Positions 11,220 to 21,346 are shown, numbered from the stretch's first letter. The stretch: DNA of 64,000 nucleotides from an uncultured Planctomycetota bacterium (GCA_963719315.1 CAVRBU010000002.1:544001-608000), one strand, 5' to 3'. Translations and numbers: made by a program. Notes: generated by a model not told the origin, from the sequence alone.

Positions 11220-14200
11220 ATGTCCTTTGTGCACCGTACTTTATATCTGAACGCACGTTCGATCGCGGTGGCTCTAAGTTTGCTGCTGACGGGTATCCAT
11301 GGGACCATCGCCGGCGGTCAGGAAACGACGGCCAAGACAGCACCTGCCGCGGTCTCTAACGAATCCAAGCCCGCTGCCGTCCTTCCGGCTGAAGCGAAAT
11401 CCACAACTGCTCCGGCGGAAGCCAAGTCCGCCGATCCCCAGTCCGCGTTCTCAAAGTCCAGAACTGCAACTCCGGCTGAAGCGAAGCCGGCAACACTACC
11501 CTCCACAAACGAAAAACCATCGACCACCGCACCCCCGGCACATTCGAAGCCTGCCACGGCGGCTCCGGCCACGCCGCTGAAAGATGTCCGGCTGACTTTC
11601 AGTTTTCGTTACCAGCCGTGGCAGGACGTACTGGATTGGTTCGCCGACCAAGCCGGCCTGTCGCTGCTGATGGAAACGCCTCCGCCCGGCACATTCAACT
11701 ACGCCGATTCGCGAACGTATTCACTGCCCGAAGCCCTCGACGTTCTCAACGGAGTGCTGCTGACGAAGGGCTACACGTTAGTTCGCCACGGCCGGATGCT
11801 CGTCGTCGTGAATCTCGAAGATGGAGTGCCGCCAAACCTCGTGCCGGATGTGCCATTGGCGGAACTCGATTCGCGCGGCGAATACGAACTCATCCGCGTC
11901 CTTTTCCCCGTTTGGAATATGACGCCCGACCTGGCGGCCGCCGAAGTGCAGCCGCTGCTTGGCCCGCAGGGCAAAGTCATCACGCTGCCGCAGGCTCGGC
12001 AAATCCAAGTGACGGAAACCGGCGGCCGCTTGCGCACGATTCGTTCGATCATCAATGCCGTCGAACAGCCCGAATTGAGCAAGGCCGGCCTGCGCGAGTT
12101 CTCGTTCAAGTACCTGACATTTGAGTCGGCGATGCCGACGATTCGCCAAATGTTGGGCATCCCGGCCGAAGCGTTCAGCACGCCGGATGGCACCGTGCAA
12201 ATCACCAAGAGCGCGACCGGCGACAAATTGCTCTTCCGCGGCTCCGCCCAACTGGCAGCCCGGTTGGAAGAAATCCTGCGACTGATCGACGTGCCCGAGG
12301 CCGCGCGGGGCGTTAACGGCGCGCCGCAGCTAGAAGTGTATTCGATCACGACGGCCGACCCCGAGGCAGTCATCAAAGTGCTGCAGACGATGCTTCACAG
12401 CGACCCTAACGTCTTGCTCACTGCCGACAAGGATGCGGGCCACGTCGTCGCGTTCGCCACGCCGCCGCAACAGGCGACGATCCGAGCGACCATCGATCAA
12501 ATGCAGAAGGAAGCCAAACAGGTCGATGTCATCAATTTGTCCAACGTCGATCCACAAACTGCCGTGCTGGCGATCAACAAACTGTTCGGCGGCTCGGGCG
12601 AAAAACCGGACCCCAAGGCGCCGCTGGTCGATGCCGATCTTACTACACGAAGCTTGATGGTCCGCGGCACCACCGGCCAGGTGGAGCAAATTCGCGATTT
12701 GCTCCGCAAGCTGGGGGAAACGGAAGACGAAAGCGGCAGCGCCAGTGCAAAACAACACGTGCGTCTCCTCCCGCTTTCAGGCGCCGCGGCCCGCTCGGCG
12801 ATTAGCCAGATCGAGCAGATTTGGCCAACCATGCGGCAGAACCGCATTCGCATCGTGACGCCGGCATCCACGATTCCCAGCTATCGGCCCAGCGAAGTGC
12901 CCGGCAATCCAACTGCTCCAAACGCGGGGCCACCTGCTGCCGTTGCGCCAACTTTTTCTCCGCCAGCGGCCGCTCCGGCTGAAATCGACGACCCCTCCGC
13001 TCGTATGCGCGACCTATTCCAGACGCTGCTGAGAAATCGCGAAGCCCCGGCGCCAGCCGCTGCGCCGACGACACCCGCCCCCGATGGCGCGAAGGTCGAT
13101 CAGCACGAAGATCGCGCCGCCGCGACGAATCCGGCTGGTGTTTTTCGGTTCGTTGCCGATGGCATCACCACCACGGCCGCGCAGCCCGAGCCGGCATTGA
13201 AGAAACCTGCCCAGCCTCCCCCCGCGACTGCGCCCACGCATTCAACTCCCGGAGCGCCGGTGATCGTCGCGCCCGGTCCAGGCGGGACGCTCATCGCATC
13301 GGATGACCTGGAAGCACTCGATGAGCTCGAGAACTTGCTCTCCACCGTCGCCGGCCATAACGCGGCATCTGGGCGCGAATTTGCCGTGTATTACCTGAAA
13401 TACTCCAAAGCCGCTACGATCGCCGACGTGCTGTCTGCCATCTTTGGCGGCTCGTCCGGCGGCAAGGACCGCGGCCTCATTGGCGATTTGGCCAGCAACG
13501 CCCTGGGCGACGTCGGCGGCGGCCTCATGGGCGATCTGCTTCTGGGAGGCGGGGGCGGTGGAAGTTTCGCCTCGGGCAGCGTCGATATCGTGCCCGATGC
13601 CCGGCTCAATGCCCTCATCGTTCACGCCAAGGCGGCCGACTTGGACACCGTCGAACAACTGCTCAAAGTGCTCGATCAGCGCAGCGGGCCGGAGAACGTC
13701 GAAGCCGAGGCCCAGGCCCGCCCCATCCCGGTCATCAACACCCAGGCCAGCGATATCGCTCAAATCGTGCAGCAAGTTTATCAGGATCGGATGGCCGGTC
13801 CCGGCGCGGTGATGAGCCCGCAAGAAATGATGAAGATGATCAAAGGCGGCAACAACATCGAACAACAGGTCCAGAAAATGTCGATCGCCGTCGACACGCG
13901 GAACAATATGCTCATCGTCCGTGCCCCCGATGCTTTGTTCGAGGAAGTGAAGGCGCTCGTGACCGACCTCGACCATGCGGTGGGCGATTCGCCCGAAATC
14001 ACGCGCGTCGTATCGCTCAAGCATACGAACTCGTCCGCAGTGCAAAAGGCGCTAACCTCAATTCTCGAGAATGTGAAGACCAATACGACCGCGACCCAGT
14101 CAGCGCAGACGGCGAGCAGCAATAACAAGGGCAACGAAGAGGATTCGCCGGAAGAACGCATGCGACGGGCGATGCGCCGCAACTGGGAAATGATGCAAGA

Positions 14201-14336
14201 GATGCGGCAAGCCCAGGAGCGCGCCAGCGGCGGGGATCGCGGCGGTGACCGAAGCCGATTCTTCGGCCGCGGCGGGCGCGGCGACCGAGGCGGCGGTGGA
14301 GACCGAGGTGGAGGCGATCGCGGCGGACGCAATTAG
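11220..14336 (+). CDS. Secretin N-domain (NolW-like) repeat protein with no recognisable secretin barrel
   Basis: Signal peptide; N0-like LTFSFRYQPWQDVLDWFADQAGL; repeated N-domains (IVPDARLNALIV, IAVDTRNNMLIVRA, VYYLKYSKA); RGG-rich tail. Confidence 0.8.
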   Translation: MSFVHRTLYLNARSIAVALSLLLTGIHGTIAGGQETTAKTAPAAVSNESKPAAVLPAEAKSTTAPAEAKSADPQSAFSKSRTATPAEAKPATLPSTNEKPSTTAPPAHSKPATAAPATPLKDVRLTFSFRYQPWQDVLDWFADQAGLSLLMETPPPGTFNYADSRTYSLPEALDVLNGVLLTKGYTLVRHGRMLVVVNLEDGVPPNLVPDVPLAELDSRGEYELIRVLFPVWNMTPDLAAAEVQPLLGPQGKVITLPQARQIQVTETGGRLRTIRSIINAVEQPELSKAGLREFSFKYLTFESAMPTIRQMLGIPAEAFSTPDGTVQITKSATGDKLLFRGSAQLAARLEEILRLIDVPEAARGVNGAPQLEVYSITTADPEAVIKVLQTMLHSDPNVLLTADKDAGHVVAFATPPQQATIRATIDQMQKEAKQVDVINLSNVDPQTAVLAINKLFGGSGEKPDPKAPLVDADLTTRSLMVRGTTGQVEQIRDLLRKLGETEDESGSASAKQHVRLLPLSGAAARSAISQIEQIWPTMRQNRIRIVTPASTIPSYRPSEVPGNPTAPNAGPPAAVAPTFSPPAAAPAEIDDPSARMRDLFQTLLRNREAPAPAAAPTTPAPDGAKVDQHEDRAAATNPAGVFRFVADGITTTAAQPEPALKKPAQPPPATAPTHSTPGAPVIVAPGPGGTLIASDDLEALDELENLLSTVAGHNAASGREFAVYYLKYSKAATIADVLSAIFGGSSGGKDRGLIGDLASNALGDVGGGLMGDLLLGGGGGGSFASGSVDIVPDARLNALIVHAKAADLDTVEQLLKVLDQRSGPENVEAEAQARPIPVINTQASDIAQIVQQVYQDRMAGPGAVMSPQEMMKMIKGGNNIEQQVQKMSIAVDTRNNMLIVRAPDALFEEVKALVTDLDHAVGDSPEITRVVSLKHTNSSAVQKALTSILENVKTNTTATQSAQTASSNNKGNEEDSPEERMRRAMRRNWEMMQEMRQAQERASGGDRGGDRSRFFGRGGRGDRGGGGDRGGGDRGGRN

Positions 14337-14350
14337 GCTTTGTCTTGAAA

Positions 14351-14435
14351 GTAGGTCCCGCTTGCCGAGCGGGACCTTGGCGTCGACGCAGGGTGCAATG
14401 ATTGGCAGAGGTCCCTTCCGGCAGAAGGGACCTAC
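14351..14435. repeat. GTAG-type REP doublet
   Basis: GTAGGTCCCGCTTGCCGAGCGGGACC ... GGTCCCTTCCGGCAGAAGGGACCTAC, inverted, between convergent genes. Confidence 0.75.
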
Positions 14436-14452
14436 AGGGACTCCCCATGCGA

Positions 14453-15271
14453 TCAACCGCCGGAGGCGGTTGGCTTCGCGGCAGCTTCTTTCGCCGTGAT
14501 GATTCCATCGTCGTTCAGGTCGTAGCGGCGGAATTCGCTCACCACGCTTTTAGTCCAAGTGTGGCTGTACTCGCTCATCGAGATTTGGCCGTCGCCGTTG
14601 GTGTCGCGGGAGAAAAAGCTCGGCAGTCCTTTCGGCTGCCGATCGGCTGCCGTTGAAAAGCGATACGAGTGGCGCTTGTCGCCCTCTTTCGTAGTGGACG
14701 CCAGGCCGCCGGCCGAGCCGATATACACGCGCTTCGGGGCGCCCGAATCGGTGCCGCTGTTGGAACTCGCACTTTTTCCGCCCGAAGATTTCATGGACGC
14801 CGTTGAAGTTGTTGCCGCCGGCGCGTTCGATGACAGTTTTGCGACCAGTTCTTCGACCGTAATCACACCATCGTTGTTGGCGTCCGCTTCCGCGGCCCGG
14901 CCATGAAGATCCTTCTTTTCATCTCCATCGAGCCACTTGTTGCCGTTTTTGTCGTGTTCTTTTACAAAATCCTTGGCCCACTTCTCCGTGCTGGCACTCG
15001 CCGAGCTGTCCGCGGGCTTTGATTCGCTCGAACTCTTCGACGATGCACTTGAAGTTGGCGTGGTTTGTGATGACTTATTCCCCGCGTCGCCCTGCGAGTT
15101 GGAACTACTCGCATGATCGCCATCGCGCGATCGGTCGCGCCAATCGCGTCGCGAACTGCGGCCGTAACCTTGGGCCTCGGCCGATCGTGCGCCGACCAAG
15201 GGGCCGTCGACGACGGGGACCATGAGTAATGCCGTGCTCGCCAAAACCAGCAGGCGAAGGTGCGTGTTCAT
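14453..15271 (-). CDS. Secreted EF-hand domain protein
   Basis: Signal peptide and four Dx[DN]x[DN]-type loops (DKNGNKWLD, DANNDGVIT, DTNGDGQIS, DLNDDGIIT) with Ser-rich linkers. Confidence 0.8.
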   Translation of the reverse strand: MNTHLRLLVLASTALLMVPVVDGPLVGARSAEAQGYGRSSRRDWRDRSRDGDHASSSNSQGDAGNKSSQTTPTSSASSKSSSESKPADSSASASTEKWAKDFVKEHDKNGNKWLDGDEKKDLHGRAAEADANNDGVITVEELVAKLSSNAPAATTSTASMKSSGGKSASSNSGTDSGAPKRVYIGSAGGLASTTKEGDKRHSYRFSTAADRQPKGLPSFFSRDTNGDGQISMSEYSHTWTKSVVSEFRRYDLNDDGIITAKEAAAKPTASGG

Positions 15272-15401
15272 GGGTAATATAACCCCGCTGTCGGCCGTGA
15301 GTTCCGTCTAGCGACAATACCGCGTATTCTGGACCATTATACACACTTTCTGCTACCCCTGGGCGGGGCGGCGGGTGATAGCAAGAATGGCCATGTTCGC
15401 C

Positions 15402-15470
15402 GCGGGTCTCCCGACCCCGCCGAAAGAGCCGACCGCAGGTCCATCAAAAGTGCGGGGTCGGGAGACCCGC
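15402..15470. repeat. REP-like inverted repeat pair
   Basis: Perfect 19-bp IR GCGGGTCTCCCGACCCCGC / GCGGGGTCGGGAGACCCGC. Confidence 0.75.
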
Positions 15471-15548
15471 CCACAACCGAGTAGCTGAAGTCGCAAGGCT
15501 TCAGAGTCACCCCGAAAAATATCGGAATTTTTGCGAATTCCGCGACGT

Positions 15549-16823
15549 ATGCCCGCTGAAATCATTGCTATTGGCGACGAGCTGACCAGTGGCCAGCGGC
15601 TGGACACCAACAGCCAATGGCTCAGCGAACGGCTGAATGAGTTGGGAATCCCGGTCCTCTTCCACACCACCGTGGGCGACGACCTGGCCGCCAACATCGC
15701 CGTCTTTCGCACGGCGATCGAGCGGGCCGACGTCGTCATCGCCACCGGTGGCCTGGGACCAACGGCCGACGATTTGACGCGGGAAGCACTCGCCGCGGCC
15801 GCTGGCCTTGAATTGGTGGAGGACGCCGCCGCGCTCGCCCACATCCGCAGCCTCTTTGCCCGGCGCAAGCGCGAGATGCCGGAGCGCAATAGACTCCAGG
15901 CCCAGTTCCCTCGCGGCAGCCGCGTCGTGCCGAATCCGGACGGGACGGCGCCGGGCATCGACCTCACCGTGCTGCGCTCTTGCGGCCCGCCCTGCCGCGT
16001 GTTCTCGCTGCCGGGTGTGCCGGCAGAAATGTTCGCGATGTGGAAGGAAACGGTCGGGCCGGCTTTGGTCGCGGCTCAAGGGTCGCGGCGCGTCATCTGC
16101 CAAAGACGCATCAAATGCTTTGGCGTGGGCGAAAGCGACCTAGAGGCGATGCTCCCCGACATGATCCGCCGCAAGCGCGAGCCGCTCGTGGGCATCACGG
16201 TGCACGGGGCAACCATCACGCTGCGGATCACGGCCAGCGGGCCGAATGAAACGGCGTGTCGGCGGACGATGGAACCGACCGTCGCCCAGATTCGTGAGTT
16301 GCTGGGCGTGCTCGTGTTCGGCGAAGAGGACGATGAGTTGGAACACGCCGTCGTGCGGTTGATGCACGAGCGGCGGCGATCGCTTGCCGTCGCGGAATGG
16401 GCGACGCATGGATTGGTATCGCAGTGGCTGGCAGAAGCGGCCGACGGCGGCGATTCCTTTCGCGGCGGCATCGTCGTGCGCGATGCGGCGATGCTCCAAT
16501 CGCTGCTCAATATCGACGTGCCGCCAAGCGCGGCTGCCACCGCGGAAACTGCCACGGCGATGGCACGTGCCGTGCGACACTCAACTGGCGCCGACTTCGG
16601 GCTGGGCATAGCGGCGTTTCCGAAAGGCGGGCCAGCCGTGCCGACTGCTGCCACGTCGGCCGGCATCGACATGGGCGGCACGTTGCACGTGGCCCTCGCG
16701 ACAGGCGACAATGTACGAATGAAGGCTTTTCCAATCGCCAGCCATCCGTCCATCACCAAGACCCGCTCCGCGAAGCAAGCGCTGAACCTGCTGCGATTGT
16801 CGCTGCTAAACCGCGAAGCGTAG
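15549..16823 (+). CDS. cinA: CinA-like protein (MoCF-like N-domain plus degenerate PncC-like C-domain)
   Basis: IAIGDELTSGQRLDTNS, GGLGPTADDLT, GTAPG, LPGVPAEM. Confidence 0.9.
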   Translation: MPAEIIAIGDELTSGQRLDTNSQWLSERLNELGIPVLFHTTVGDDLAANIAVFRTAIERADVVIATGGLGPTADDLTREALAAAAGLELVEDAAALAHIRSLFARRKREMPERNRLQAQFPRGSRVVPNPDGTAPGIDLTVLRSCGPPCRVFSLPGVPAEMFAMWKETVGPALVAAQGSRRVICQRRIKCFGVGESDLEAMLPDMIRRKREPLVGITVHGATITLRITASGPNETACRRTMEPTVAQIRELLGVLVFGEEDDELEHAVVRLMHERRRSLAVAEWATHGLVSQWLAEAADGGDSFRGGIVVRDAAMLQSLLNIDVPPSAAATAETATAMARAVRHSTGADFGLGIAAFPKGGPAVPTAATSAGIDMGGTLHVALATGDNVRMKAFPIASHPSITKTRSAKQALNLLRLSLLNREA

Positions 16824-16850
16824 TTCTCGGCCGCACGAAGGATTTTTGAA

Positions 16851-18932
16851 GTGAATCGAATTCGTTTGGCCGCCGCGGCCGTGAATCAAACGCCGATGGC
16901 CTGGGGCACGAACGCCCGGCACATTCGGGCCGTGCTCGCCGCCGCGCGCGATGCCGGCGTGGGCATTCTGTGTCTGCCAGAGTTATGCATCACCGGCTAC
17001 GGCTGTGAGGACATGTTCTTCTCCGCCGGCATCCAAGCGACCGCGCTCGATGTCCTCGAAGAACTGGTTCCCGATACGAAAGGCCTAGTGGCCTGCTTCG
17101 GCCTGCCCGCGTTTTACGAGGGAGCCGTCTACAACACAGCGGCCCTCACATACGACGGCCGCCTGCTCGGCCTGGTGGCGAAGCAATATCTCGCCGGCGA
17201 CGGCATTCATTACGAACCACGCTGGTTTCGCCGCTGGCCAGCCGGCGCAGTCGGAAGCATCGCAATTGGCGGCCAAGAATATCCCATCGGCGACTTGCTA
17301 TTTGACTGCGGTGGCGTGCGAATCGGTTTTGAAATCTGCCGCGATGCCTGGGTGGTCGAGCGCACGGGCGCCCGACTCGCCCAACGCGGCGCCGACGTAC
17401 TGCTCAATCCCAGCGCGAGTCATTTCGCCTTCGCCAAGCAGCAGATTCGCGAACGGTTCGTGCTGGAAGGCTCGCGGGCGTTTTGCGTGAGCTACGCCTA
17501 TGCCAATCTGCTCGGAAATGAGGCGGGCCGCTCGATCTACGACGGCGGCACACTCATCGCCATGGGCGGCAAGATGCTGGCCCGCGGCCCGCGATTCTCG
17601 TTTGCCGATTGGTTGCTAACCACCGCCGTAATTGATGTGGAGGCGACCCGCCGTGTCAAGGCGGAGAGTTTTCCTGACTCGACGCCGAGAACTGCTACTT
17701 CCGGCGAGATGGGAATGGTCACCGCGGAGATAGAATATCGCCAAGCGACAGCCTCGACAGGAACAGTGCAAACTTTGACCGGGACCTGCTCCGACACTCC
17801 TGCAAGCAACGAATCGCCAATTGATAATTCCCGCCATGTGCCGGGGCATCCGGACTGGGAAACTGGCGATCATCAGAAGGAGGAGGAATTCACTCGGTCC
17901 GTTGCGCTCGCACTGTTCGATTACTTGCGCAAAAGTCGTTCGCAGGGCTTCATCGTGTCGCTCAGTGGCGGGGCTGATTCATCAACCGTCGCCGTGCTCG
18001 TTCACCTATTGGTTCAGCTCGGTGGGCGAGAATTGGGCTACGACAAGTTGGCGGGAAAGCTCTCGCACATCCAAGGGATTGCTAGTAGTGCTCCGATTTC
18101 TCGATTGGTTCACCAACTGTTGACGTGCGTCTATCAATCGACCCGCAACAGCAGCAGCCAAACATTCAACGCGGCAAAAACCATCGCGAACGCCGTCGGC
18201 GCCGAATTCTTCGAGTGGAATGTGGACGCCCTGGTGGATGAGTACGTCCGCAACGTCTCAGCGGCCACCGGTCGCGAATTGACATGGGACCGCGACGACG
18301 TGGCCCTACAAAACATCCAGGCCCGCGCCCGCGGCCCGGGCATTTGGCTTCTTGCCAACTTACGGCAAGCACTGCTGCTCACGACGAGCAATCGCAGCGA
18401 GGCCGCGGTCGGCTACGCCACGATGGATGGCGATACGTGCGGCGGCCTCGCGCCCATCGCCGGAATCGACAAGGCGTTCCTGCTCGATTGGCTCAAGTGG
18501 ATGGAAACGACCGGCCCGGCCGGCATCGGCCCGCTGCCGGCCCTCGCGGCGGTCACGAACTTGCGTCCGACCGCCGAACTGCGGCCATCGTCGGCCGATC
18601 AAACCGATGAAGCCGATCTCATGCCCTATCGCGTACTCGATGCGATCGAACGAGCGGCCATCCGCGATAAGTTGCTGCCGATCGAAGTTTTCGAGGCCGT
18701 CGGACCGCAGTTTCCGCAATACGATGCCCAACAGATGGGCGCCTGGGTCGAGCGGTTTTTCCGGCTCTGGTGCCGCAATCAATGGAAACGCGAACGGTAC
18801 GCGCCGTCGTTCCACTTGGACGATGAGAACCTCGACCCCAAAACGTGGTGCCGATTCCCGATTCTCAATAGCGGGTTTGAGAAGGAGCTCGAGGAGCTAC
18901 ACGAATACTTGCGTTTAGGTCGCTCGCGCTAA
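16851..18932 (+). CDS. nadE: Glutamine-dependent NAD+ synthetase
   Basis: Nitrilase-fold triad (LPEL, AKQYL, EIC), SLSGGADS, QNIQAR, NRSEAAVGYATMDGD, PTAEL, QTDE, NQWKR. Confidence 0.95.
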   Translation: MNRIRLAAAAVNQTPMAWGTNARHIRAVLAAARDAGVGILCLPELCITGYGCEDMFFSAGIQATALDVLEELVPDTKGLVACFGLPAFYEGAVYNTAALTYDGRLLGLVAKQYLAGDGIHYEPRWFRRWPAGAVGSIAIGGQEYPIGDLLFDCGGVRIGFEICRDAWVVERTGARLAQRGADVLLNPSASHFAFAKQQIRERFVLEGSRAFCVSYAYANLLGNEAGRSIYDGGTLIAMGGKMLARGPRFSFADWLLTTAVIDVEATRRVKAESFPDSTPRTATSGEMGMVTAEIEYRQATASTGTVQTLTGTCSDTPASNESPIDNSRHVPGHPDWETGDHQKEEEFTRSVALALFDYLRKSRSQGFIVSLSGGADSSTVAVLVHLLVQLGGRELGYDKLAGKLSHIQGIASSAPISRLVHQLLTCVYQSTRNSSSQTFNAAKTIANAVGAEFFEWNVDALVDEYVRNVSAATGRELTWDRDDVALQNIQARARGPGIWLLANLRQALLLTTSNRSEAAVGYATMDGDTCGGLAPIAGIDKAFLLDWLKWMETTGPAGIGPLPALAAVTNLRPTAELRPSSADQTDEADLMPYRVLDAIERAAIRDKLLPIEVFEAVGPQFPQYDAQQMGAWVERFFRLWCRNQWKRERYAPSFHLDDENLDPKTWCRFPILNSGFEKELEELHEYLRLGRSR

Positions 18933-18948
18933 ACCGCAAGCGGAGATC

Positions 18949-19160
18949 GGGTGCCACTGGCTTTGCCAGTGGATTTGCGATTCAATACTTCATCAAAACT
19001 CTACCCGGCATTCCAATATGACAATGAGACTACGCAAATCTAGCAACGTGGAATGAGTAATCTCCAGCTTGCACGCTCCTTTATCAAGCCAGGGACGTTG
19101 AATCTAACGACTGGCCGCAAGGATTGGGCCAGAAGAGCACTGGCAAAGCCAGTGGCACCC
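18949..19160. repeat. REPIN/MITE-like element with 23-bp inverted arms and an AT-rich core
   Basis: GGGTGCCACTGGCTTTGCCAGTG (18949-18971) / CACTGGCAAAGCCAGTGGCACCC (19138-19160). Confidence 0.8.
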
Positions 19161-19164
19161 AAGC

Positions 19165-20085
19165 TTACTGGAGCACTTCTTCAAGCACGCGGCTGAGCTT
19201 TCGCCAGCGACGGGTGACGTCTTTTTTGCTGCCGTAGTCGAATTTCTTCACGTTCGCATTCTCGCGCGTGTAATGGAAAGCCGTGATCTCCTTGCCCCGG
19301 TCGAGAACGCCCGCGTAGACGGCCGCGACGTGGCGGATGTTGTCGTCGTCGTACACGACCGCATCCACGTCCTCCCCGGCGTCGTGAAGCAACGTCAACA
19401 ACATCGCCGCCTTGTTCTGACCGGCCGTCATCATGATGCCGTTCTCGTAGCTAATCGGCCGCGGCTCCGTGAGATGAAACTTTGCAATCTCATTCTTCGT
19501 CAGCCCGTCGGTTTCCGGGTGATCGAGATCGTAAGGCAGAAAATCCCCGCGCGGGATGTCATGCACCGGCAGCGCCGTTTTTGCGAAATTGTAGCCATTG
19601 CGGCGTAGTTCGCGTTCGGTCGCCGCGCGAAATTCGGGCCCCCGCGACGTGAGCACCAACGTCCGAACCCCGAGCGCCTGCAAGCGACGGATCAATCCCG
19701 GCAGATTGTCCTGCGGCGGGTGCATGTGCGACAGGTTATACAACAGCCCTTGTGCTTCGAGCAGACCCGGAAACGAGTCGGCCACCAACAACTTCGAGTT
19801 CGGCTCGTTATCCAGCAGGTATCGCTGCCACTCGAACCATTGGTCGCTGCCGAGCGGGTTGTCCATCGCCAAGAGCGTGTTGTCGATATCCAGTACCAGA
19901 AGAATTCGCTCCGGTTTGTATGTGTGAGCGTACTGCACGACCGCCGCCCCCACCTCGGCGAATTCGGGCGTGTCGGTGAGCTCGCCGGCAAAGCAGCCTG
20001 CCGATTGGCCCGTAAGAGCGACCGCGATGGCGGCGCACCCTACGAGCGCATAACGCCATGTGCGCGTCGGGGAAAGAGTTTGCAT
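19165..20085 (-). CDS. Exported HAD-superfamily protein (DUF2608-like)
   Basis: Signal peptide; VLDIDNTLL motif I, VLTSR, GQNKA, VYDDD. Confidence 0.7.
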   Translation of the reverse strand: MQTLSPTRTWRYALVGCAAIAVALTGQSAGCFAGELTDTPEFAEVGAAVVQYAHTYKPERILLVLDIDNTLLAMDNPLGSDQWFEWQRYLLDNEPNSKLLVADSFPGLLEAQGLLYNLSHMHPPQDNLPGLIRRLQALGVRTLVLTSRGPEFRAATERELRRNGYNFAKTALPVHDIPRGDFLPYDLDHPETDGLTKNEIAKFHLTEPRPISYENGIMMTAGQNKAAMLLTLLHDAGEDVDAVVYDDDNIRHVAAVYAGVLDRGKEITAFHYTRENANVKKFDYGSKKDVTRRWRKLSRVLEEVLQ

Positions 20086-20189
20086 TCGATGTCGATCAGG
20101 GTTGGGAAGCTCGGTGCAAATGTGCTATACCGCTAGGATAATTGCCGGGGCGGAAATTCGCCACCGGCGTGAACGACCTGATCGAACAG

Positions 20190-20255
20190 GGAACGCTGAT
20201 CTTCACGAATTACCACTACTAAAAATCAGCGAAAATTAGTGGAGATTAGTGTTCC
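20190..20255. repeat. Short-period hairpin element (GGAACGCT(A/G)AT family)
   Basis: GGAACGCTGATCTTCACGAAT ... ATTAGTGGAGATTAGTGTTCC, similar to 50151-50206. Confidence 0.6.
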
Positions 20256-20285
20256 AAAGCACATTGAAAGTGCAGAAATAACGCA

Positions 20286-20726
20286 ATGGATCGATTTTTG
20301 AAACTGGCCATTGAAGAGGCTCGTCTGGGACTGGCTCAGGGCGGCATTCCCATCGGCTCGGTGCTGGTCATCGACGACGAAGTCGTCGGTTGCGGACACA
20401 ATCGACGCGTGCAAAACGGGAGCGCGATCCTGCATGCGGAGATGGATTGCTTGGAAAACGCGGGCCGGCTGCGACCGGCCGATTATCGCCGGGCTGTGCT
20501 TTATTCCACGCTCTCGCCCTGCGACATGTGCAGCGGCACCGCCCTGCTCTATCGCATTCCGCGGATCGTCATCGGCGAGAATCGCACATTTCGCGGGCCG
20601 GAAGAGTACGTTCGCTCGCGCGGCGTGACGCTCGAAATCGTGAATGACGCCGAGTGCTATGAGTTAATGCAGCAGTTCATTACGCAACATCCGGAGCTAT
20701 GGAACGAAGATATTGGAGAAGTGTAA
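20286..20726 (+). CDS. Zn-dependent nucleoside/cytosine deaminase (FCY1-like)
   Basis: GGIPIGSVL, HAEMDC, LSPCDMC, WNEDIG. Confidence 0.9.
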   Translation: MDRFLKLAIEEARLGLAQGGIPIGSVLVIDDEVVGCGHNRRVQNGSAILHAEMDCLENAGRLRPADYRRAVLYSTLSPCDMCSGTALLYRIPRIVIGENRTFRGPEEYVRSRGVTLEIVNDAECYELMQQFITQHPELWNEDIGEV

Positions 20727-20745
20727 GCGGAAGTACGCGTGGCCC

Positions 20746-21213
20746 TCAAAGCCGGCAGGGCGGCTCTCCGGTGCAAACGCGCTTGTAGCGTGTAATCCCG
20801 CCGCCGCGGCTGACGCGAATCTCTACCAGCGCGCCGCAGTTCGGGCAGTATTCGGGCCCATCCATAAGCCGCCCCGTTTCGGATTTTCCCTGGCAAGCCA
20901 CACAGCGCTTCGTGTTCGGAATTACTTCGAGCCGCTCAGGGTCGATCCCTTGCCGGCAGACTTCGCACAGAACGGCTGCCTGCCAGTCCTCCGCGTCATC
21001 GTCCGCCGTCGGCCGGGTGAAAAGCGTTTTCTCCTTACACAGCGGGCACGTTATCTGCGGCGCTGCCTCAACGAACAGCGCGGCAACGATGTCCTCCTCT
21101 GGATCACGTTCGCGGCGTAACTGACCGATCATCCGCAGCCGGGCGATCGCGTCCTCGCGGCCGCACACGGTTTGCCAACCGCAATTCGAGCAGATGAGTT
21201 CGTGCGAAAACAC
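20746..21213 (-). CDS. Multi-zinc-finger protein with a TraR/DksA C4-type finger
   Basis: CSNC, CPLC, CEVC..IDPERLEVIPNTKRCVAC, CPNC; GTG start at 21213 assumed. Confidence 0.75.
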   Translation of the reverse strand: MFSHELICSNCGWQTVCGREDAIARLRMIGQLRRERDPEEDIVAALFVEAAPQITCPLCKEKTLFTRPTADDDAEDWQAAVLCEVCRQGIDPERLEVIPNTKRCVACQGKSETGRLMDGPEYCPNCGALVEIRVSRGGGITRYKRVCTGEPPCRL

Positions 21214-21346
21214 GGCGTCGCTCGCGTAACGAAACCTGTTCGGCGCACGTCTCCTGACCCCGCCAAACAAGAGCGGCCTGGCGCCGACCGTCCATGCGTC
21301 GCCAGGCCGCATCTGATCAGATAACAAACATCAGTTCATCGCTAGG

